From Psilocybe cubensis (taxonomy: Eukaryota): a stretch of DNA of 64,000 nt. The position numbers and the translations under genes are program-made. The notes beneath the pieces were generated by a model, which had not been told where the DNA came from, did not search any database, and saw only the letters and a program-made list of their open reading frames with translations. The stretch lies in assembly GCA_017499595.2 (NCBI GenBank), contig CM039002.1:2976001-3040000 (forward strand), read 5' to 3'. Positions 41,330-53,722 of this stretch are shown here, piece by piece; the first letter of the stretch is position 1, and every line of letters begins with the position of its first letter.

Positions 41330-42878
41330 TCACTCGCTCAAAATCCAGCGCCGAGTGTCCCAAAACTCGTCCTTGATAATATCACAGTGGTCGAGAACTA
41401 TTCTTGTCTGTTTTTGTTTCGATTTCTTTGATTTGCCTTTCCGTTTCTCTCCTTGGGTCGACGTGATGCTGCCGCCAACCTCTGGATCTTCAAGGACCTC
41501 TTCGGATTCAGTCACCGTCGTACCTGTCGCCACGAGATCGTCTGAAGGAATCTACCAAAAATTAACAGAGCGATCGGTATTTCGTCATTTTCTGGAGAAA
41601 TAAGAATGCAGCCGACCTCTTCGCGGAACAGCACGCTACCCTTCCGATATCTCGCGTCTAGCTGGTTATAGTTGATTCCAAAGCGACTAAACAAGATTTC
41701 GTGCTTCTCCTTTGAGAAAGTGCCCTAAACAAACGGAATAAAGGTAAACTTTTGCTGCGCAGTCGAGGTATCGTATACTTACTCGTAGAGTTGCGTGAGC
41801 TTCCGTGGCAGTCTGACCTCCTTGCTGTATCAGGGCCCAGAATGTTGTATTGTACAGATTATTGATGTGCGCTGTTTGATGAAATTGAGCTTCGTGTCAA
41901 ATGATCATGGTTATTTAGTGACGTACTGTCTGCCTGCCGCCACGCAAAATAATCGCGAATATGTTTTTCTTCCGGATACAGAACAATGCGACCATCAAAA
42001 GATGGCGGGTACTTCAAGGGTGTGTTCGGGAAGTATTTTGGCCAGTTGAGGACGTATGAAGACGTGAAGAGCGATGTTAAAGTGGAGACGATCTTGGATT
42101 CCCGACGGTTGTACAGCGTGGTCGATTTTCGAAGAAGGAAACTGTTCTAACCAAGCTGGTCAGTCCATATGGTTTTGTGCGCTGCGTTCATAGTTCCTGC
42201 CCGCCCGTTCACATTCTAGAAACAAAAGACGTGGACCGGCCACACCGGCTATGACTGTACCCATCTTGGGCACGTCTGAAAGACAGGCGAAAAAAGGCCA
42301 ATGAAGCCCAGATTACAACCTGCCGACATGAGCATGTGTACATAATGATTGTACACCAATTGCCGCTGTTGATATGCTCTTCGGCTTGCCTTAACGTGTC
42401 GCGATTGTCCTGCAATAGCAATCGGCCCAGCTGGGCCAATTTTAGCGCATCTTGACGCGCTTTCAGCAACCCAGCGCACAACACAGTGTTTATCGCAGCC
42501 AATCACGGAGAACATCGGGTCCAGGAAAATAGAAACGCAGGTAGACAATTGAAGCAACCTCAAGGACACACCTAAATTCATCTGATTCTCCAAAGGCAAG
42601 CACGATATCAGGGTACTCGGTCATGACATCTTTTGCAGCATGGTCCATAAGTTCCAACGCGCGAATATCGTTCGGCTTTGCGAATTCATGTTGATCCGAG
42701 AACCTAACACCCAACACACGAGTAAGCCTGCGTGATTCCAAGGCGGTCCGTCATGAATAAAGAAAATTCTGCACCGATGAAATGAATGCCCATCCAAACG
42801 AAACAGCATAAATGTGCCGGGTAAAAGTGGGTCTGGAAGCTCAAAGTTTCGAACATAAGCATATTTGGAGTTCGCCAT
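41330..42878 (-). CDS. THG1: tRNA-His guanylyltransferase Thg1; multi-exon
   Basis: MANSKYAYVRNFE, RLDGHSFHRF, AFGESDEFS, PSFDGRIVLYP, WRQADAHINNLYNT and EILFSRFGINYN motifs. Confidence 0.96.
42182..42540 (-). ncRNA. Putative structured intronic RNA in THG1 intron 42142-42571
   Basis: Closing helix CTGCGTT..TTCCTG / CAGGAA..AACGCAG plus multiple internal helices whose G-U pairs work only on the THG1 sense strand. Confidence 0.55.
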
Positions 42879-45841
42879 GGTATAAAATTGTAGCAATATA
42901 TCGTTTTGAAATGATAAACTGGAACGGATGTAGATTTTGAAGATTTATGATTATGGTCGGTGATAGAAGGTGTTACGTACGTGACGTGACTCCATCATGG
43001 TTTCGGCGCTTACGATCAAGCTGGGCTTAAAATGTACATCGTTGCCGAGAATGCCGAATATCATGTAACTTGCGGATACGTTCGTTCCCGGAGATTTCTA
43101 CATTCCAGACAACTGCATTCGTGCGTTTGAACAAATAGCAGATACAGCTCCAACACACGTTTGGATTTGAGGACCCCAGACATGTCTTGCTAGCTATTCT
43201 TAAGACCTTCGTGTATTTACGACTTATTTCCGGTCCTTTCGCCGTTCATTGGAAAAAAGTTTCCTTTGTCTTTGGAACCTGTTATTTAATGTGGCGTTGT
43301 CTGTGCCGCACGATAGCCAGAATAACAAAGCCTCCAATAGCCTTATGTGGTGTACTTCCACTGGCATGAGGCCTCATCTTATCTATCTTTATTTATATCC
43401 AGGGATGAAGGGATCGTATTGACCTGAATGCAAAGCTCTGAAACCCCAAAGCAAGCCTAGTTTCCATAAAAAATAGACGAGTATGTCAGGAATGCCTGTG
43501 AGTCCATAAATATCCTGACAGACGCAGTCCAAACAAGGGCAACACAGCTGCGTAATGAACGGGCACCGGTTTTTGATTCGCCACAGAGCGTTGAATCGCA
43601 CGACAAAAGCACGCCCCACCGCTCTTCGATACGAGAATGTAGAAAGATATTTCTATCCAGGGTGCAAAATAGAACAAGTCAGATATAGTTTTAATCAGAC
43701 AAAAAATAAATCCTGCAGGCCAGCCGCTGTGATATTTCGCCCGAGATTCAAGAAACACCGTCCCGATTCCCATGAGAATGGTGCACTCCAATGCGTTGGC
43801 CGTGCTGGCGTTTTGGGGATTATAGGGCAATTCCGGTACCGTTGTTTCTGCCGCATTAGGACATAAGCTATCTATCGATGCGGAGTTCCGAGCCTCCTCA
43901 AATGCCGCAATAGATTATTCTGGCATGACGTCGAGCTACACTTTGTACCCTACTGTTTGCACAACTTTCAAGCTACTGTGAAGTCATTGGCTGCTAGTAG
44001 CTGCGCCCAATGGTAGTGGAGTGGAGTGGGGAAACATCGGGAAGCAGAGATGCAATTTTCAGTGTGACATGGACATGGGTCAGCGCAACCCCGAAATTTT
44101 CATCTTTGATGTATGCACCCTGTCTTTCCCCCAAATCCATCTCCATGCCTTGTGCGTCTTTCTCGAACAGGGTGTATAGGAAGATACCGTACTCTACCAC
44201 CCTAACAGCCAGCAAAATAGCTACATCAGTGACAGTTCCCTTTGCCGCAGGTCATTCAAGGAGGAGGCTCGATAACACGGCCAAGATACGGAATTTTTGC
44301 ATGTACGTTCGCTACATCTCTCCACTGCTCTATGAGTTAGTCAAAGACAGAAATCATTCTCATTCCATAGATCTGTGTGCTTTTCTGTGTCAGCACGCTA
44401 GATTACAGGCATCCATCCTTCTCCTGTACTCTCTTTGAGCTGATCGTCCCGGTATCAGGTCTAAAGATCAACGGAGACCGACTCATGCACCACAGCGACC
44501 TGCAGCCGTCAGCTATATTACACAACACGTTTTGCAGCACTCCATCTCCACCAAGTAGCTTCTCGTTCGCCCAATTCAAGGCCTTATTTGTCTTGTAGCC
44601 GATACTCTTTACCACACTGTGCCGCGACGAGTATACTGCCTTGGGTTGCTGGACTGTCAGGTTCCTGACAATATATAACGTGAGCGGCCTAAAGTATGTC
44701 TTAAATATCTCCCTTCCTTTACATACGCAAAGCCCATCATCCAAAGTACAGCCACACAATAGTCTCCAGGTGCTGTTGGACTTCAGATTGACTCTCCCCA
44801 TGACCATTGCCGGATCGACAGTGACCATGGCTCGCTAGATCCAGATGGACATTGTGTCATCATGTAAGAGTTAAATGCACCTGGATTCAAATTGTGTATA
44901 TATATTGGCTCGACTGTGGATATGCAGACGTAAATCCGCCATCTTCCCCGCTTGTGCCCCAGCACGGCCATCCATTGGAGATGGGATCCGGAAAATCAGA
45001 AGTTCCTGCCCGCCAAGGCTAGCCATGCGACGTTGTTATCCTACTAGCTAGCCAATTCAATAGATTAACTAGAGTGAGTTGAATCTTTGTCCGTAGCACA
45101 ATTTAATACGGAATTTTAGGCATCGGCGAAACGAGGATCCTAATCACTCCCAATCCTTTGCAATAGCGATGTCTACTACTTAATCAATAGCATTTGGCGA
45201 GCACTCAATTCAGAAAAAGGGCGTAGAGTAAAAGTTTGAATGGTATAAGAGACGTATACATTGGATTTCAAATGTCTGCCTCCAGCTCACAGCATACATC
45301 TTTTGTCAAGAGGCGTCGGACGTCCGTCCGTCCTCGTGCCCCTGACTCCAGACCCATCAGAGTCGCGTCTATTTATAGCACTCGTGTTGTTAAAACGAGT
45401 TTATATTATCCTCTTGGGAATTGGGAACCGCGAGAACCAGTGTGAGTAGTACATAGGCGAGAAAGTCGCAATTAATACATACATTCTAAGTAAGAAATTC
45501 AGGTCCTAAGTAGGAGTCCGAACAACCTTGAAAGGGTTCTTGAAAGAAATTTCATATCTATGGGGCTCCAGACGAGTGTGTAAGGTTGAAGAAGAGTCAG
45601 GAAATGGAATGGCGAACACGGCTGGACCAGTTTGCCACGCCAAACACGCACAAACAACCTCAGACTCACCATCACAACAACTCTTTGATTCAAACCTTTG
45701 TGTAACATTGACTACTATAGCCTGGACGCTTCAATTTACCTTTACAAACTGGAATTCAACATTTAAACCCCTTATGATATGATATGAGAAATTTCCCCTG
45801 AATATTCTTTAATATCTTTTCAATTTTCTTGAAATCTCAAC

Positions 45842-48800
45842 ATGTCCAATTCTAGTGGCATCAAACCTATTGACAAGACATCGATTCACCGCATTACCTC
45901 GGGACAGGTCGTTGTGGATCTTCAGACCGCAGTTAAAGAGCTACTTGAAAACAGTATCGATGCCGGATCTACCAATGTTGGTAAGATGCACCATGAATTT
46001 ACAATGGCCGCTCTGTCTGAACTCCCGGATCCAGAAATTCGTTTCAAAAACTATGGATTGACTTCAGTAGAGGTGATAGACAATGGATCAGGGATAAAGG
46101 AGGAGGACCATGACAGTATAGGTGCGAAAAACACGCGAAAAACGCGTCGGTTGTTCATTTATATAAATTACCGCAGCTCTTAAGCACCACACCTCCAAGC
46201 TCGAAACATTCTCCGACCTCACAACTGTCCGTACTTTTGGCTTTCGAGGAGAAGCTCTTTCATCGTTATGCGCCTTGAGTGAAGAAATGACAGTCTGCAC
46301 AGCGACTTCGGCGACTGCGCCGCGGGGTGTAACGCTGACAATGGATACTGGCGGCAGAGTGAAAGCAAAGAGTAAGGTCGCGAGGACTGTAAGCTCACTC
46401 TTTTTGCCACTGTATTGTTCTTGACATGTGTCAGCCAGCAAGGTACAGCCATATCTATGACCAATCTATTCAAACCATTGCCCGTTCGAAGGAAAGAGTT
46501 CGAGCGGAATGTTAAACGGGAGTTTGGGAAAGCTCTGTCGCTTCTGAACGCGTATGCACTGGGTCCATGCGCAGAAGCTCCTGGAGTTCGGCTGACAGTA
46601 AGCAACCAACCAGACAAAGGGTATGTTAGCTTTTTATGTCTGAGTAGGAGCATACTGAATCAAACAAAAGATCAAAATCTGTTCAGATCCGGACTTTGGG
46701 AGAATCGTCTCGCCGTGCATCCGTTACTGCTTTGTGGGGTCCACGAGCGTTGGAAAATATTGCGGATCTGAATCTTAAATTTGAGGTAGATCGGGAGCGA
46801 GCAAACGTGAAGCGACTTCATAGGTCCGTCCTTTTCTCTTTCATATTTGTCAAGCTTATGACACTCGTAAAGCCAGGCTTTGGACGCTGAACCCATCTCA
46901 GTACGGGTTGAGGGGTTGATTTCAAAGTTTGCGCTCGGATGTGGGCGTACAGGGACAGACAGACAATTCTTTTATATCAACGGCCGTCCTTGCAACCTGA
47001 ACAAAGTAATGCTCTGGCCGTTGAATCTTTTCGTATCGACTCTGACGATTATTCAAGATTCAAAAAGCGTTCAATGAAGTGTATCGATCTTTTAATGCAA
47101 CTCAGAACCCCTTCATCTTGGCTAATTTTCTTATACCCACTGGTTAGTTCAGTCCTTGGTCTCAAAAAATTTCTTCTAATCCAAATGTCGGAACTAGACT
47201 CTTACGATGTCAACGTCAGCCCAGATAAGCGAACCATCCTTTTACACAGCGAAGGCAGTCTCATAACGGCGTTAAAAGTAAGACACTTGCCCTGCCCAAT
47301 GTCATGTGTACTGATAGGCTATCTGGTAGACTGCTTTGGAAGAATGCTATTCGTCTGGCAGATCGACTTATGCAGTTGGCGGGGGCGCTACACAAGGACC
47401 GTCGACAAAGTCGATACAGACTTTACTTACCACCCAACCCACCAGACAAGAAAAAATACTCCGTGAGAGATTCAAGCGCAAGGACCTGTCTGATGAACTT
47501 GACGACTCCCAAAACTCGAGTAGGCCAGTTTCACCAGCCCAAGAAGATGACCTAGTCGAGATGGCTTCAAACACCCAGAAGTCGGTAGCGGAAGATAATG
47601 ATGATCTTGTTTCCGGTGATTCTAAAGACACCCCCGATGATACCATGGACGTCGACGATGAGCCAGTAATCATTGACAGCTCCCAGACGAAATGGGGCCG
47701 CCAAATGTGTATCTCGACCACTCGTTCGAATACACTATCTCCACCTCGTCCCAGACCAGATCCAACAGATTTAGACCCACTTCACAGTATTTCGCCGTCA
47801 ACTGGCGTAGACCGACGTCTTACAAGTTCGCCCCGGATCCTGACTCTACCGAAGGCACAGCACGAAGAGCCAACGACGGATTCGGACGACGGAGTAGGGT
47901 CTGGATCAATACGCGCACGTAAGAAGAGAAAGTCCGACAGAGGGCCAATCACGAGCGTTCGGGCTGAGTCATTGTATGACGAGGAGAAAGATGAGCGCCG
48001 GGCTGACGATGAGGACAACCCGAATGCTTCAGGTGATGATGATCATCGCGCTGGATCTTCTACCGCAAACAAAGGGAGCAGGGGCGGCTACAAAGCGGGG
48101 TCTAAGATTAAGATCTCTGGGTCTGCGAGAAAGCCGGGTGTGAGCGCCAGTCAGACGTTGCTCAGTCAGCTGGCTGGATTTGCTCGGACTGGAAGCCGGA
48201 TATCTTCTTCGGCGTCTCAAGCTACTGCCGCTTCAATATCTGAAGAAGTGGATGAGGATGAAGGAAGACAGGAGGATGAGGACGAGGTCGAAGACGTCGA
48301 CGAAAACAATGACGAATCTTCCAAATTAGAGGACGAAGTTGACGAATTAGAGAACGACCACCACAGCGGTCAAGAAGCCGTTTCGCATACAACTATACGC
48401 GTTAACAAAACCGGCCCAATTTTGAAAGAAAAAATTTCGTCAAACAGGGATGCCGCTGTTAACCAATTGGTCGACCTCACGATCGACAAAGAAGATGCTG
48501 AACAAGCAGACGACGATGTTGACGAAGAGGAGAATTCTGTGTCTGTCCTCACTCAAGTTCTTCAAAGCACTTCTACTACACCATCGACAATTTCGACCAA
48601 AGACATGCCATCACATCCCGAAGTTATCAAAACCGATAATTACGGGCGCGATATATTCATGAAGATTAACGTTGACAAGATTAAGCGTGTCTGGTCGCAT
48701 AAGCTGGGGCAGGATCAGCCTCAGGGCTCATCTTCAAATGACGTTGGAAGTGAAGCTGTGCCTACTAGCGTCCCCGCCGATGCCGGAATCGCAAATGCTG

Positions 48801-49713
48801 ACGACGACGCGAAAGCAGCGGACGCGCTTGCTCGGGTGATCGAGAAGCAGGATTTCGCGACCATGGACATCATCGGCCAGTTTAACCTTGGCTTTATCAT
48901 CGTTCGAAGACAAAAGCAACCAACCATGGAAGGCGGTTCTCAGCCTTTGCAAATTGCTGATTAAGCGGAGACAATGTTGGACGACCTATTCATTGTCGAC
49001 CAACATGCCGCCGATGAGAAATTCAATTTTGAAGATCTGCAATCTACGACGAAGATTCAATCGCAAAAACTTCTGAGGTCAACTTTATTTCCGTCTGATC
49101 GCGTACTTCCTCCAATTTTGCTGACTTGTACGACAGGCCACGGCCGCTGGAGCTCACAGCCTCCGATGAGATGCTCGCTTTGGATAACATCGAGGTCCTT
49201 CGACAGAATGGGTTCGAGGTCGATGTGGAAGAGGATAACCCCATGGGTCAAGTCAGTCGTTTGAAGCTGGTAGCCCAACCAGTCAGTAAGAGCACAGTAT
49301 TTGATATGAAAGGTACACACTCCATATGACTGGCAAATGTCTATATAGTTGTTGACAGACTTTTTCCTTTTGAAACAGACTTGGAAGAAGTGATTCATTT
49401 GATGCGCGATCGACCCACAGGGCAGATGGTCCGGTGTTCAAAGGCTCGTGCCATGTTTGCGTCGAGAGCGTGTCGAAAGAGTGTTATGGTCGGAATGCCT
49501 TTGAACCACCACCAAATGACGAGCGTGAGTTCCTGTCATAATCGAGGCTCTATTCTTTGTTCTTAATCTTATCAGGTGATACGACATATGGGAACTATGG
49601 ACCAACCTTGGAACTGTCCTCACGGACGGCCCACGATGCGCCATCTTTCTGATATCAGGAAACCCGGCTCAAAGTCGAGAGAATGTATCGATTGGTCATC
49701 TATTTCTTATTGA
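45842..49713 (+). CDS. PMS1: MutL-family mismatch repair endonuclease Pms1/PMS2; in-frame TAA at 48962-48964
   Basis: [10 protein letters not shown]...[62 protein letters not shown] and [13 protein letters not shown] motifs. Confidence 0.93.
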
Positions 49714-50373
49714 AAATCAGAAGATTGTTCCATAAGAACACGCATGCTGCGGGTGGTGATATAAGACAGTCAGATCTGTGAAGACAGTTGACTAGGGGTG
49801 GACAGGCTTGATTCCAGGGTTTGGCCTGTTGAGTGACGAGTTTTCCGAACCTGCATAAAAAAAGAGGGAGCGTTCTGTATGCTGTGAATCTCATGATTAT
49901 CATTTGACAGTTCAGTTTGACAGTAAACTCATAGCTACATTTAAAATGCTCTGTGAGATGGCCATCAGTCCAACTGCTGAAAACCTTTTCTTCCTTTTGG
50001 TGTACATGTTTTCTGTCTCTGTGACTTTATACCTCATATGACATTGTCAGACTCACTCTTTTAGCAGGGGGCTACCATTTTCCTGATGTGGTATGTGATT
50101 CTTTTGTGGTGAGAATATGAAAGGTAGCAAAGAAGTGTGTTTATTGCACATAGATATGAATACTGCACAGAGCATTACTTAGGAAAGCATCTTAACAAGG
50201 AATGAGGAACATGAGATGGTGATTTGGAAAACAAGAGGAAAGCAAACATAAGGGTCAACAATGTGCAAAAAGGAGGCAAAACAGGATGGGTGCAAGGGCA
50301 AGCAAAAGCAAAAGGAGACATGACAGAAAGGACCAGAGAACAATGTGTGGTAAGACACAAAATGCTTCTGGAA

Positions 50374-51336
50374 TTAGTCAATCAGGAGGCCAAGGGCTGC
50401 AGATATCTGCCTGCGACGGGCATCTATAGTTGCATTTGGTGGCAGGAGAGGTAACCCAAGGTCAGCAGCAGAGGCCACACATTGTTGTTCTGAAAAGCAA
50501 TTACAAGATGATTAGAGTGAGGATAGAACTACATTGATTAGACTCACCAGTAAAACCCAGGAGCTCCTGATAGGTGGTGGGGTTAGGGGGTTGGAGTGTT
50601 GGTGCCGACCCATCTGCTGCGATTAGGAAGGGGTTCCGTATTAGCCCCTTGAGTCCTGATTGGGCATTTGATATTATAACTGGGAGCCGTGCAAGCCGTT
50701 GATTTATCTCGGTGAGCTGAATGGTGTGGCCATCAATCTTCTCGTTGAGCGTGTTGACCTTCTCGTCAAGCGTGTTGACCTTCTCGTCGAGCGTGTTGAC
50801 CTTCTCGTCAAGCATGTTGACCTTTGCGTCGAGCATGTTGACCTTCTCGTCAAGCATGTTGACCTTCGCGTCAAGCGTGTTGACCTCCTCGTCAAGCATG
50901 TTGACCTTTGCGTCGAGCGTGTTGACCTTCACATCAAGGGCGTTGATCATGTTGACCAGGTGTGTTTTATTATCGGCGAGAGTCGCGTTGATGCTTCGTA
51001 TTCCCGAGCGAATTTCAACCATGAATTCCTTCATTTGGTCAATCACACCGAGGGAAACGTCGCCATCGACTGAGTGCGAGAACATGATTGAGGCCTTGTA
51101 TGCCTCCGCAGCGCTGAGCTCATCTGAGGTCGCATGATTGGTGCTTTCTGAGGCTATATTTGTTGTCAGTTCGAGTGATAAATTGGCGATGTTATAGCTC
51201 TCAACTTACCTTTGCTGTGCGCGAGTTTCTCGATATATTCCCTTGCATCGGTGATGTCCGATAACGACGGCGGGTTTGCGGGAGGTTTGGGTAGCGGGAT
51301 TCCTGCTGTATTGGTAGGCGCACGGCGGTCAGCCAT
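50374..51336 (-). CDS. Mug135-like protein with central heptad-repeat coiled coil; 3 exons
   Basis: MADRR...PANPPSLSDITDAREY|...ATSDELSAAEAY...(VNTLDEK)n...LLGFT|EQQCVASAADLGLPLLPPNATIDARRRQISAALGLLID*, with canonical introns. The family call rests on overall architecture. Confidence 0.7.
50738..50957. repeat. Coding minisatellite, 21-nt unit (GTGTTGACCTTCTCGTCAAGC), about 10 copies
   Basis: Directly visible tandem array encoding VN(T/M)LD(E/A)K on the minus strand. Confidence 0.95.
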
Positions 51337-51489
51337 CGTTGTAAGACAAGAACGGTTGCCTGAGGTAATTCCTTGGTTCTTCCTCATTGCGTGGGACAGG
51401 TGGCAGTGCAAGCGGAGACCCAGTGGCTTACCATAATCGGCATGCTATCGAAGATAACTGGGCCATGATACACAAAACGAACGAATTCA

Positions 51490-51865
51490 GAGATTAGGGA
51501 CCCTCAGCGGGTCATATTTCCGTGTCGGTTCGTCTTCTACATCACCTACATCTTCTCTCCCTTGGGACTTTCGGGCGTCTTCGGGTGCTGTGACGGAGTT
51601 GTTCAATGGCCAGCTCATGATCGAAGCATAGTAGGCGAGTCAAGGCTTTTGTGTGCGATGAGACGGTGACGAGATATCATAGGTATGGCTGCAGCCTAGC
51701 GACAGACGTCAATGACATCTTTCTTCGTTCTGGGACCCGGGCTTCCCATGCAACAGTGGCACCTACCCTTGCTGAGGTTTGGATAGCGTTGCACAGGAAT
51801 TGGGCGCAGGACGCTTCGACTTCCCGCATCAAGCTATCCATGACGTCCACTTCTGTCATAAACTG
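51490..51865 (-). pseudogene. Two-exon fragment of an unidentified gene
   Basis: CAG|FMTEVDVMDSLMREVEASCAQFLCNAIQTSAR|GTAGGT...TAG|AAAIPMISRH...; its 5' side is cut off by the PMS1 duplicate. Confidence 0.35.
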
Positions 51866-51882
51866 CTCGAGATAAGCGGACG

Positions 51883-52650
51883 AAATTAGAGGACGAAGTT
51901 GACGAATTAGAGAACCACAACCACAGCGGTGAAGAGGCCGTTTTGCCTACAACCATACGCGTTGACAAAACCAAACCGATTTTAAAAGAAAAAGTGTCGT
52001 CAAATAGGGGTGCCGCTGATATCATGATAACCAAGTGGTCGACCTCACGCACGACGAAGAAGAAGCTGAACAAGCAGACGATGATGTTGACGAAGATGAG
52101 AATCTATGTCTATCCTCACTCAAGTTCTTCAAAGCACTTCGACTACGCCATTGACTATTTCGACCAAAGACATGCCGTCACATCCTGAAGTTATCAAAAC
52201 CGATAATTTCGGGCGCGATATACTCATGAAGATTAATGTTGACAAGATTAAGCGTGTCTGGTCGCACAAGCTGAGGCTGGATCAGCCTCAGGGCTCATCT
52301 TCAAATGACGTTGGAAGTGAAGCTGTGCCTACTAGCGTCCCCGCCGATGCCGGAATCGCAAATGCTGACGACGACGCGAAAGCAGCGGACGCGCTTGCTC
52401 TGGTGATCGAGAAGCAGGATTTCGCGACCATGGACATCATCGGCCAGTTTAACCTTGGTTTTATCATCGTTCGAAGACAAAAGCAAGCAACCATGGAAAG
52501 CGGTTCTCAGCCTTCGCAAATTGCTGATCAAGCGGAGACAATTTTGGACGACCTATTCATTGTCGACCAACATGCCGCCGATGAGAAATTCAATTTTGAA
52601 GATCTGCAATCTACGACGAAGATTCAATCGCAAAAACTTCTGAGGTCAAC
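51883..52650 (+). pseudogene. Partial duplicate of PMS1 (copy of 48323-49083)
   Basis: Near-identical nucleotide sequence over ~770 bp, with indels in the first ~230 bp. It ends a few bases into the intron after QKLLR. Confidence 0.95.
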
Positions 52651-52715
52651 AAGATACTACTTCTAGGTGCGTGATCAAGCTTCCCGGATCACCCTTTCAT
52701 GTCCTGAAAGTCAAC

Positions 52716-53640
52716 AGGTCAGTTGGAGTCAGGAAAGGTTCATATCTTAATAGGTGATTTAAAGCGATGGTTAATGAATGATTTATCCGCGAACAGACTT
52801 CCGTCTTGAAGAGTCAGTATAATTCATTAACATGACGTCGATTCGATATCACTTACTTCTATCCTCAATTCTCAGATTTTCAATTGGCTTTTGCTCCGAA
52901 GCATTTTGAAAGTGAACGGCCCATTTGGAAAATTGTTATTCAACTCAACCTCATTGGGTAAGTGACTTACTATTGCAACGTTGATAACATTCCAGTAAAC
53001 TTTGTAATTAGCTCGATAAAAACCATTCTTGAAGCCCTGCGCGAGGAGTACGAACCAAATGCCCTGGCAACGATACCCAATTACATTTCGCCTAATTCAC
53101 CGTTGCGGACTCTTAGAAGAATGTCTCTTGGTCTTTCCCCCCTCCTTTTCATCGAGACAAATCTCCTGAAAATTTTATCTCCTGAATCATCTGATTCAAG
53201 AGATATGTCCGTGCGGGCGGGGAATGGATGGAAAGCGTTGCTCAAATCTAGACGGGATCCTTTTGCTCCAGGCGACCGCCACTCTACGCGAAGGCAATCT
53301 CAAGCCTTGTTGGGACAAGAGAACGACCCTTTGTCGGTGCTCCTGGGCCAGCGGGATGATATAATCTCCTTATGATGGAATCCAGAAACACAGGAAATTT
53401 TACAGAGAAGGCGCCCGCTTTTCCGTGAGCAACCAGGATTGTGAGTGCCCTGGTTTCCGCAGTTACCCACAGCTTCATAGACGATATTGCAAGAATCATC
53501 ACTCCTGATTACGTTCCAACCAATCATGAGTTCTCCGCCACTTTGTGTATTTTTCTCTCTTATAGGGATCCAGGTGATATCATCCGAGCACGACTACGTA
53601 CAACTGGAATTGAAGAGTATCGGTTTGTTGCTGAGAATTA
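52716..53640 (+). pseudogene. Truncated G-protein alpha subunit pseudogene
   Basis: Degenerate G1-like ESGK|TSVLK|NFQLAFAPKHFESERPIWKIVIQLNLI and FIDDIARIITPDYVPTN|DIIRARLRTTGIEEYRF; in-frame stop (ISL*W) and a frameshift; no DVGG or NKxD follows. Confidence 0.85.
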
Positions 53641-53722
53641 CAAGTCGCGTTTCTACAAACGTCATGTCGATTGTACTATATATTGTACTATATATTTTGC
53701 CAATGTGAATTTTTTTGTGTGT

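Noticed and set aside
42168-42180. AAACCAT (snR30/U17 m2-like) and ACAAAA (H-box-like) in the THG1 intron
   Set aside because: No exact m1 motif and no ACA box at the required distance.
43187-44971. Overlapping short ORFs between THG1 and PMS1
   Set aside because: No recognisable domain or consistent frame.
49795-49808. TAGGGGTGGACA as a possible hAT-like TIR
   Set aside because: No matching inverted partner found.
50699-51137. Plus-strand repetitive ORFs (VDLLVKH / SSVLTF) and CRISPR-like appearance
   Set aside because: These are antisense shadows of the coding minisatellite; there are no spacers and the context is eukaryotic.
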